Part shown: in pieces, positions 21,304-30,022 of the stretch
How the letters are laid out: each line of letters opens with the position of its first letter
How positions within the stretch are numbered: position 1 is the first letter of the stretch
NCBI RefSeq assembly: GCF_004010195.1
Contig: NC_057719.1
Coordinates: forward strand, 80,780,999-80,811,020
DNA: 30,022 nt
Direction of reading: 5' to 3'
DNA from: Chiloscyllium plagiosum
Lineage: Eukaryota
The notes under the pieces: model-generated
What the model saw: only the letters and a program-made list of their open reading frames with translations
What the model was told of the DNA's origin: nothing
Database searches by the model: none
Made by a program: the position numbers and the translations under genes

Positions 21304-21850
21304 TAGTGAGCAGTTTTGGTCCCCTTAATTAAGGAAAGACAATTTCATTGGAGGAAGTTCAGAGAAAGTTCACGAAGATGGTCCCTGGTATGGAGGGGGT
21401 TGTCTTATGAGCAAAGGTTGGACAGATTCAGATTATACTAATTGAAACTTAGTAAAACAAGAGATGATCTCATCGAAACATATCGGATTCTTAAGGGGCT
21501 TGACAGGGTAAATGCTGAGAGGACATTTCCTATCATGGCAGAGTCTGGGATCAGAAGACAGTCTCAGAAAGAAAGGGCACCAGTTTAAGACTGAAATGAG
21601 GAGGAATTTCTTCTCTCAGAGGGTTGAGAATCTTTGGAACTCCTTGCTGCAGAGAGCTGCAGGGACGGAGTCCTTATGTATATTTAACGCTGAGATAGAC
21701 AGACTCCTGAGTAGAATGGGAATCGAGGCTTATGGAGAAAGGGCATGAAAGTGGATGGGAGGAATGTTGGATCATTCATGATCCTATTGAATGATGGAGC
21801 AAGCTTGAGGGGCTGAATGGTCTACATCTGTTTCTAGTTCTTATGGTCCC

Positions 21851-23010
21851 CTGAACAGGTTATTCCTTAGCTGCTGGATAGTGGCCAAGCTATTCCATTA
21901 CTTTCCTGATGATTGAGTGTAAAGAGAACAGTAATCAGCCAGGTTAGTGAGGACAAGATCAAGCAGGTCTCCCTCTTGTTGCTTCCCTCACTACCTTCTG
22001 CAAACCCAGCCTATCACTATATCCTCCAGGACTAGACCACCTTGGTTTGTAGTGGTGCTACCAAACCACTCTTGGTGATAGACATTGAAGTTCCATACCC
22101 AGAGTACACCCTCAATAGTTCTTCAATCTGACGTTTAACATGAAGGAGCACTGATTCATCACCAAGTGTGTAGGGAGGGCTGAAGAGGCCTTTATAATGA
22201 GCAGCAGATTCTCTTGGCCAGATTTGACCTGATGCAAATGAGATTTCATGGGGCATCTACAGTCAATATTGAGGACTCCCAAGATAACACTTCCCCGACT
22301 ATACATCAGTGGGTTGCCGCCTCTCGTGGGTCTGTCCTGCCATTGGGATAAGACATATCCCAGGATGCTGATGGCATTGTCTGGGATACTGTGCGTACTG
22401 GATTCCGTGAATATGATTGGCTCAGGCTGTTGCTTGCCTGGAAGCAAAACATTGCAGATGCTGCAAATTCAAAGTAAATAGAAAATGCTGGAAAAACGGT
22501 GTTTGATGAGTCTGTAGGACAGCTCTCCCAATTTTGACACAAGACTCCTGATATTCATAGAGACCATTTTACAGAGTGACAGGACAGAGAAACCATTGCT
22601 GTTTCTGATATCTCGGTGGATGCTGAGTTCTCTGTCCACTTTCATTCCTTACTTTAGATTTTGCAGCTGTTTTGATACAACTGAGTGACTTTCTGGCCTA
22701 TTTCCAAGGGCAGTTAAGGGTCAACCACATTGCTGAGAGTCTGGAGTCACATGGACACCGGACTAGGTAAGGAGAGCAAACCTTCTTCACTAAGGAAATT
22801 AGGAAAGCATTTGGATTTTTACAACAATCAACAATGGCAACATGGTTATCATTAGTCTAGCTTTATTTAAAATCCCAGATGATTTTTAAAAAAGAAGTTG
22901 AATTCAAATTTTCCCAAATGCCATGGCGGGATTTGAACCCATATTCCCTGATCACTAGCTTGGGGCTCTGGATTATGAGTCTAGCCACATTACCAATGCG
23001 CCACCATCTC
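21851..23010 (-). mobile_element. 5' half of the minus-strand LINE: tRNA-like head, APE endonuclease remnant, start of RT
   Basis: Continues the 18170 breakpoint. Minus-strand VLWVWNFNVYHQEWFGSTTT (GDFN motif) at about 22050-22110; B-box gggttcaaatccc (22928-22940) and A-box ggtggcgcattggta (22991-23005). Confidence 0.7.
22443..22497 (-). mobile_element. Small remnant of a Penelope-like pLTR 3' end
   Basis: 'aaaacattgcagatgctgcaaattcaaagtaaatagaaaatgctggaaaaac' resembles the reverse complement of the 'cagcatctgcagt' tail of the hairpin elements. Confidence 0.45.
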
Positions 23011-24276
23011 CTTAAATCCATCATGGATTCTTCCTAGGTTAGTCTGTTCAGGATTACAGGGCAGACTAACCATCAGACACAGCAGTGGGCTATCCAGTCT
23101 GAGGGCCAACAGCACCTCAGGGACGTCATGACCTATAGTCGGCCTGAGGGGACCTTTCAAAAAGTAAGTTCAAAGGTTTACCTCATGCCCCACTCACATG
23201 GCTGGAGAAACTCAGCAGCTACAATTGCTGAAAATCAAAATGTCGGTCAGGGAATGTCTGGTCATGTCCAGCGGGATTGGGGGGGGATCAGGTTGGATTC
23301 TAGGGGATGTGTAGTTGGCGATGCGTGATGAGAGTCTGTGGATTTGTTAAATAGTTACTCAGGAATCAGACCATGGATTTAATTGTCGAACGTTTCCTGA
23401 GCAACTATTTAACTTAACTTCGGCAGAACCTTCTGAAGCCTCAGATTTACATGAGACTACTAGACAGTCCCCGCTGAAAGTTTAATTTCCTGAAAAATTG
23501 CTTTGGAGTCTGCTGTGATTGGGATTCCCAGTGTCCCTACGTGCAATTCTTGTCTAGATTGGCATAACGAATGTTTGGCTGTCAGAAAATCTGTGCTGTT
23601 CTCACTATAAGCTCTGATCGTTAAAATAATTTAAATTTTGCCTTTAAATGGTCCATAGCTTTCTTAGCCACAGATAGAATACTTTGTACATCTTTTGTAC
23701 ATTTTATTATAGGAAGCTTAATAGACTGAAGCCACACCCTACCCCTCATGTTGTCTATGCTAAATGATGACATTTCAATGCCTTTTCACCCATTATACAC
23801 AGTATAAATGCAATGTTTCCAACAGCAACAATTGAACGTGTACATACAAACTTTCTTTCAAAGTCATTCCTTGCGGTCCACAAACTACAAGTCATTAAAC
23901 TATCATCCAAATATTTGAGTATCAATAGTAAATAACTGCAATCAAATCGCAATCTTGGAAGAGGAAGCATTGTGCAATCCATGGAATAGATCAGAGAGCC
24001 AGAATTGTCAAAGCCACAATGACTTCTCTGGGGCTCAGGTATTTCAACACGCCAATGGACGTCGTGACTTTCCAGTCAAACTTATTGCATTTATTACCTC
24101 CCACACCCCTATGATGTCCCTCATGTCCAATTTCTGCTCCATCTCACCATGCACCGTTTCTGGAACAACTTACCACTCAGGTGGATACCAGAGAATGGCA
24201 CCCTTTGCACCGGCACCATGGTTAAAAGCCCCCCGATTCCAAAGCTGCCTAGCTCAGTCAAGGACAGAATTGGAAC

Positions 24277-24503
24277 TTGGCAGAGAAAAAGAAGATGGCA
24301 CCATATTTTTCTGACGGGGACCTAGAAATCTTGGTGGGTGTGGTGCCCTCTTCCTGGAGAGCTGGCAGAGGAGACCAGGCCACCAGAGATTCTCAGACTC
24401 ATTGAAGGTCACCAGCCAGCTCAGTGCCAACTCCAAGATGGGGAGGAGCAATCAGTAGTGTTGAAAGAAGGTCAATGTCCTTCTCCACTTCGTCAGGGTA
24501 AGT
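24277..24503 (+). pseudogene. Decayed Myb/SANT-like (trihelix) DNA-binding exon, PIF/Harbinger ORF1-type
   Basis: Manual translation: LAEKKKMAPYFSDGDLEILVGVV / frameshift / ALFLESWQRRPGHQRFSDSLKVTSQLSANSKMGRSNQ*C*KKVNVLLHFVR, followed by splice donor gtaagt (24498-24503). Fits the NAIF1/MSANTD-type pattern F(S/T)xxE/DLxxL...Rx3QCxKKxxxL. Confidence 0.6.
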
Positions 24504-25477
24504 ACCATGCTGTCCGGCCTGCCAGTGTTTTGTACAGTATATGGGCCTGCAATCAACATGGCTTTCTATTAAAATCCTTCTATCAGTGTTTACTCCCTCA
24601 CAGTTCGAAACACTTACCCCAACCCACTCTGTGGTCACAGGCATTTTCTTCCCCAATGGACCCTTTTGATTTACATCATGATGAAAGGTGACAATACAGT
24701 CTCCCATACCAGGGCTTCCAGCCTCCATTTACCAATACCTCATTGCTTCTAGGGGTGGGTGAGCCAGAGACCTTCAAACATGTCTCTTTGATATGCACTT
24801 GAAGTGCGACGGGCTGCAGAGCTATGGACCAACAACTGGAATGAAGGATTGCGCTGCATAGCTCTTTCCATGGTCTGCACAGACATGGAGAGGAAGCTTA
24901 TAGGCACCTTAGTGACATGGGCTAGGGCAGAACAGGTGGCCAAATCAGGCCAACTCCAGTGCGGCCTATCTCAGAGTTGGTTCATCATGTTGACCAATCC
25001 TAGCTATTTTGCTACTATTCACAGGCAATGCTTTCTAGGAGCACAGATTTGGATGGCAAGGTACCAGCACGATCTGGCATCAGTGAGTGGCTTTAAAAGC
25101 CAGGCACCCAGCCTGCAGACTAGACAAGGCTGCACCCTCAGGGACACACTTTTTCTTAGCGCCCACTCGCTTGGCACCTCCCTGCCTGACCACAGCATCC
25201 CTGCTTTGCTGATTGTACAGTCACAGAAACTGACAGCTTGCCTCTCTGTTAAGACCCCTCTGACCAGGGGATGCACATCTTACCACACGCAGTGTGCTAC
25301 ATCAATCTAATCACTGCACCACATGCCAACAGCATGTGGTGAACACGTTGCACGATCAGCACACCCGCAGCTGTGCCTCAAAGTCTTATGGGAGTAGTCT
25401 TCATAAAAGGTATGTGGAGGCACCAGCCAAGGGAATTGCGCACAAATCAGGTGTCCAGTCAGGGTGTACTCAGTCAG

Positions 25478-25671
25478 GAAATGTGCAGGTCAGGTGGATT
25501 AGCCATGCTAGATTCCAGTGATGTGCAGGTTAGGTGAATTGGCCATCGGAAATGCAGGGTTACAGGTATAGGATATGGGGTTGGGTCTGGGTGAGATGCT
25601 GTTTGGAGGGTCAGTGCAGGTTTGATGAGTCGAATGGTCTGCTTCCATACTGTAGGGATTCTATGATTCTA
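25478..25671 (+). mobile_element. HE1-type SINE, 3' half
   Basis: Duplicated 'atgtgcaggt(c/t)aggtg' unit and tail 'ctgtagggattctatgattcta'. Confidence 0.85.
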
Positions 25672-26105
25672 GGAAGTCCATGCCTCTGCAGTCCAAGTAA
25701 TTGATTGTGGTCAGTCCATCGGCTCCACAGCAGGGGATAGAGTTGATATGCTCAAGGAGATGTACAGGCACCAGTCTAGGGTCTGGAAACACATTGCCTG
25801 CAGCTGCCTGATCAGTTCCCTCAAGAGGGGTGGGCCATAGTCAGTCCATCGGGTCCATCCACAGAAACTGAAGAGGGAGGGGGCAATGGATCAAGTGTAG
25901 CTATTAGAGTCAGACTAAGCCTTGGCAGGTTAGGCTTTTGGACTGGGGATTTGGATTCTGGGCAGGGGTTCTGTACAATTGCTATGTGGTCAGGAGCATC
26001 ATGGTATTGGTGATGGTGATGGTTGGGGGGTAGGGGGTCGTCGGTGGTGGTGGGTGGTCCTTGGAGATCTGAGAATGACCTCACCAGGTTTGATCACCTC
26101 ATACG

Positions 26106-26234
26106 GGAGAAAGTGAGGACTGCAGAATGCTGGAGATCAGAGCTGAAAATGTGTTGCTGGAAAAGTGCAGCAGGTCAGGCAGCATCCAAGGAGCAGGAGA
26201 ATCGACGTTTCGGGCATGAGCCCTTCTTCAGCCC
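26106..26234 (-). mobile_element. Penelope-like pLTR mini-insertion (single arm plus tail) with hammerhead core
   Basis: Minus strand CUGAAGA-A-GGGC(UCAU)GCCC-GAAA-C-GUC (26231-26204). TSD ttgatcacctcata at 26090-26103 and 26235-26248 (16 bp allowing one CpG mismatch). Confidence 0.85.
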
Positions 26235-26553
26235 TTGATCACCTCATATGCCAAGCACTGGGTGGGAAAGGTATGCAAGGTACACAGAGGTGTGGGTGGA
26301 GATTTAGGGAAGAGTGAAGCTCATGGGGTTAATGGAGTGAGCTCCAGGAGGGGGATTTGAAAGTTTGGAGGCATTAGGAACATGCAGCAAGCTATACCCA
26401 CCCAGGTACACCAACTGGTATCCGTGCCAAATTTTTCTGACATTGAACTGGTTTGTGTTTGGCAAGATGGGAGGTTGAATAGCAATGAGTTGAACAGTGG
26501 CATCAACAAGGCATTTAACAAACACTAATCCACAAACATTAATCCCCATTATG

Positions 26554-26595
26554 TCACTGCCTAGCAAGAATCTCACTGCCTAGCAAGAATCTCAC
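26554..26595 (+). repeat. 19-bp tandem duplication
   Basis: tcactgcctagcaagaatc twice, plus tcac. Confidence 0.9.
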
Positions 26596-26689
26596 CAAAC
26601 AGCTTCTGAAAAACAAAAGCATGGATTTAGATGATATTTATTTTGAGACGAGCTTTGTCTGATCTTCTCCACCAAAATACATATCTGAT

Positions 26690-26845
26690 AGTTTCATGGT
26701 CACCATTCCTGAGAATAGTTTTTGATTTCCAGAATTATTAATTGAATTCCAATTACTAGCATGGTAGGATTTGAATCTGTGTCCCCAACGCATTATCCTG
26801 GGCCCCTATATTGCGAGGCCAATGACCTTACCACTATGCCACCAC
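26690..26845 (-). mobile_element. tRNA-derived SINE/LINE head fragment
   Basis: 'catggtaggatttgaatc' and 'ttaccactatgccacc' parallel 22850-23005. Confidence 0.6.
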
Positions 26846-27061
26846 ACTCCCCTCTTCATAATGTCCACAACTGAAAGTCCCCTTTGAAGAGATCACCATT
26901 TATTCTTCCTGCGTTAGCCCATTTTACTCAGCTTTCCATCGTTGAACCACATGCTCATTCCAGAAATGAAGTGAGTAAAAACGTCACTGTACCACCTCTA
27001 AAGACAAGCACATGTCTCCTTAGCTATGGAGACCAAAATACTGCACAGCTTTCCAAGCTAC

Positions 27062-29200
27062 AAATAGCCTTGAGACAGAATACCCCTTGGCCGTGTTCAT
27101 TATCATCAGTGACTTCAACCAGGCCAACCTCAAACGTGTGCTACCAAGATACCACCAACACGTGTCCAGTCCCACCAGACGCCTGGACACTTTGGGCTAT
27201 TGCTACACAACCATCAAAGATGCCTACAGCTCCATTCCCTGCCCACATTTTGGTCAATCAGACCATAAGGCTGTGCTCCTTCTGCTGGCTTACAAACAGA
27301 AACTGAAGTGTGAGGATTGGTACAGAAAGTCATACAGTGCTGGTCCGAGGTAACGGACAAGCTCCTGCCTGGAGTCGGCGGACTGGTCCATATTCAAGAA
27401 CTCAGTGGCCAACCTAAATGAGAATGTCACTATTGTCACAGACATCAGTGTGTGTGTAGAGGTCTGCGTGCCAAAGAGGTTAATCAGAGTGTTCTCCATC
27501 CGGAAACAATGAATGAAATGAATATCCACTCCCTACTGAAGTCCAGGTCTGAGGGTGACCCTAGCCTATACATGAAATCCAGGGATGATCTTTGCAAAGC
27601 CATCAGGGATGCCAAGACAGCACCAGACTAAATTAGAGTCCCACACTAACCCACATGTCGACTGCAGCAAGGCGTACATGATATAATGTGCTACAAGCAA
27701 AGTTGAATAGAATCACTGACAACAACGAGCTCCATGCATTCTAAGCTCCTTTCGAACATCAGTGAAACGATGTCACCTGCCCCAACATCCTTGGGTGCAC
27801 CTGTACCCACAGTCACTGCTGCAGGCCTTCAGTTCTTGTGGGTGAACGGAAAATATCCACAGCCATGCACTCAGATCCTGCACAGACTAGCTGTCGGGAG
27901 TATTTGTTGACATTTTTAACCCCTCCTTCTCCAATGGAAGGTTCCCACTTGCTTCAAGAAGACCACTATCATGCAAGTGGCCAAAGGAAAATCAGGCAAC
28001 GTGCCTTAAGGACTATCACCCAGTGGCGCTGACACCCATCATTATGAAATGCTTCGAGGGATTACACATCAATTCCAGCCTATCAAATTGCCTTGATCCG
28101 TTACAATTCACCTGGATGGCAGACGCCATCTCCCTCGTCCTATATTCATCTCTGGAACATCTAGGTATCAAGGACACCCACGACTGACTCCTATTTATTA
28201 ACTTTAGCTCCGCCCTCAATACCGTTAATTCTAACAAGACTTACCTCCAAACTCAGACCGAGGACTATGCTCCTCATTCTGACCCGCAGAATCAGTAAAG
28301 ATGCGCGGCAACACCTTCTCCACAATAATCCTCAACACCGGTGTCCCGCAAGTCTGCGTACCCAACCCCTTACTATATCCTTTATACACACACAACTGTG
28401 TGGCCAAATTCAGCTCTAAGTTCATCTGCAAATTTGCTGATGGGTCAGATCTTAAGTAATAATGAGTTAGAGTACAGCAAGGAGATAGACAGCTGAGTGG
28501 CGTTATGCAAAGACAACAATCTCTCCCTCAATATCAGCAAAATGAAGGAGCTGGTCATTGACTTCACAAAGCAGAGTGGAGGACATGCCCCTTGTCTGTA
28601 TCAATGATGCTGAGGTGGAGGTGGTGGGGAGCTTCAAGTTCCTAGGGGTAAAGATCACCAAGGATCTATCCTGGTCCATCCACATCGACAATCTACCTCA
28701 GGAGGCTGAGGAAATTCAACAAGTCCACAATGACACTCACCAATTTTTATAGATGGACCATAGAAAGCATCCAATCTACATGTATCACAGGTTGGCATGG
28801 CAACAGCTCTGCCCAAGACCACAAGAAATTACAGAGAGTTGTGAAGACAGCACAAAAACCAGCCTTCCTTGCATGGAGTCCATCTACGCTTTCTGCTGCC
28901 TCGGGAAAGCAGCCAACTTAATGAAAGACTCCTCCTACACTCTTTTCAATCATTGCAGAAGATACAAAAATTTGAAAAAACAAAGATTTAAGAACAGCTT
29001 CTTCCCCGGTGTTAGCAGATTTATGAACTGATCTCTCATACATTAGAGTTGATCTTTCTCTGCACCTTCTCTGTAGCTGTAACACTATATTCAGCATTCT
29101 GTTCCATTAGCCTAATGTACTCATGTAAGGTATGATTTGCCTGGTTAGCAAGCAAAACTACAATTTTCACTGTATCTTAGTACATTATTGTTTAATCAAA
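27062..29200 (+). mobile_element. Decayed Rex1/Babar-clade LINE
   Basis: SDFNQANLKRVLPRYHQHVSSPTR...CYTTIKDAY...HFGQSDH (APE); 'aaatttgctgat' (KFAD) at about 28430; VGSFKFLGVKITKDLSWS; FYRWTIESI...W.GN...KKLQRVV; RFKNSFFP. Many indels. Confidence 0.85.
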
Positions 29201-29249
29201 GCAAGACCCCAAAAATGCTCTGTACGCATATAGTAATACACTCTTATTG

Positions 29250-29480
29250 TCGTACTCCAGTAAGGGCTCTCTGTGCAATTGTCCTTCCTACATGTTTGCT
29301 GTACTTGCATACAACTTTTCTATGTTCCTTGTGTGAGTACACCCAATTCTTTCTGAATTGGGCATGTTAAAAATGTCATACTTTTATGAAATGTTCTGTT
29401 TTTCGATTCTTTCAATCAAAGTAAATAACTTCTTGCCTCCCTACATTAGATTCAATCATCTTGTTGCCGACTTAACCTGC
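29250..29480 (-). mobile_element. Old CR1 fragment, probably the continuation of about 26900-27060 split by the Rex1 element
   Basis: Reverse-complement CR1-like segments 'ggagaccaaaatactgcacag' (about 27030) and 'ttccttgtgtgagtacaccca' (about 29330). Confidence 0.4.
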
Positions 29481-29481
29481 C

Positions 29482-29786
29482 ATTAGATTAGATTCCCTAC
29501 AGTGTGGAAACAGGTCCTTCGGCCCAACAAGTCCACACCGACCCTCCGGAGAACAACCCATCCAGACCCATTCCTCTACACCTAACACTACGGGCAATTT
29601 AACATGGCCAATTCACCTAACCTGCACATTTTTGGACTGTGGGAGGAAACCAGAGCACCCGGAGGAAACCCACGCAGACACTGAGAGAATTTGCAAACTC
29701 CACACAGACAGTTGCCTGAGGTGGCAATTGTACCTGGGTCTCTGGCGCTGTGAGGCAGCAGTGCTAACCACTGTGCCATCATATCC
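29482..29786 (-). mobile_element. HE1-type SINE, near full length
   Basis: Tail reverse complement 'attagattagattccctacagtgtggaaacagg', standard body, head 'gtgctaaccactgtgcca'. Confidence 0.9.
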
Positions 29787-29885
29787 CTCCCACAGCTTGA
29801 ATTCACAGCTAACTTTGTAACATTGGCAATCTTATATGCTTAGTCATGGTCCTATCCCCTGAATCATTGGTATAGATTGCAAATA

Positions 29886-30022
29886 ATATTTCCCTCCCCA
29901 CCCCTCTCCGCCTTCCGCAAAGACCGTTCCCTCCGTGACTACCTGGTCAGGTCCACGCCCCCCTACGACCCACCCTCCCTTCCTGGCACTTTCCCCTGCC
30001 ACTGCAGGAACTGTAAAACCTG
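29886..30022 (+). mobile_element. Penelope-like element coding fragment (RT-to-GIY-YIG linker), 5'-truncated, runs off the window
   Basis: Open frame IFPSPPLSAFRKDRSLRDYLVRSTPPYDPPSLPGTFPCHCRNCKT(C), matching the A(F/Y)RRxxxLRDxLVRS...G..PC...CKTC motif that precedes the GIY-YIG endonuclease in PLEs. Confidence 0.8.

Larger units (their letters stand above)
18171..21850 (+). mobile_element. Older CR1 LINE inserted in the minus-strand LINE; itself interrupted by a SINE, a HER1 copy and a tandem duplication
   Basis: Decayed ORF2 ('aaactagcaaggaatataaaaac', 'ggcttgcatcctaggatcctaaaaga', MYINDLEKG...AKLEDNTKI, RRNFFSQRVENLWNSL); tail 'ggggctgaatggtctacatctgtttctagttcttatggtcc'. Confidence 0.85.

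Noticed and set aside
22920..23010. tRNA genes at A/B-box matches
   Set aside because: The boxes are embedded in repeat heads, and no full cloverleaf is evident.
24804..25310. 168-aa ORF as a gene or transposase
   Set aside because: No recognisable domain or DDE motif; it lies within the decayed putative Harbinger tract.
1..30022. CRISPR array, prokaryotic operon or viral genes
   Set aside because: There is no regularly spaced repeat-spacer structure and no dense coding; the content is vertebrate repeat DNA.

Overview
Repeat-dense vertebrate non-coding DNA (intron or intergenic), almost certainly from a shark. This assignment rests on recognising HE1-type tRNA-derived SINEs and HER1-type CR1 LINEs from memory, not on a database search. 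I find no credible host protein-coding exon. The longer ORFs in the track are decayed retroelement ORF2 pieces, or artefacts of SINEs and palindromes. The window holds three young CR1/HER1 copies, several older CR1 fossils, a second CR1-superfamily LINE family (one copy apparently begins with a tRNA-like Pol III head), a Rex1/Babar LINE, two Gypsy-like solo LTRs, two Deu-domain SINEs, six HE1 SINEs, a decayed Harbinger-type Myb/SANT exon, a 212-bp tandem duplication and a 171-N gap. The most interesting signal is four short (about 80-220 bp) Penelope-like pseudo-LTR insertions, each flanked by a target-site duplication. All four carry a minimal type-I hammerhead ribozyme core (CUGANGA-A-GGGC-N4-GCCC-GAAA-C-GUC), decayed in one copy. 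Two are perfect 82-89 bp fold-back palindromes with 15-bp TSDs. All four start or fold back within a few nt of the ribozyme core, and three share the same distal boundary. The start of a coding Penelope fragment lies at the window's right edge.
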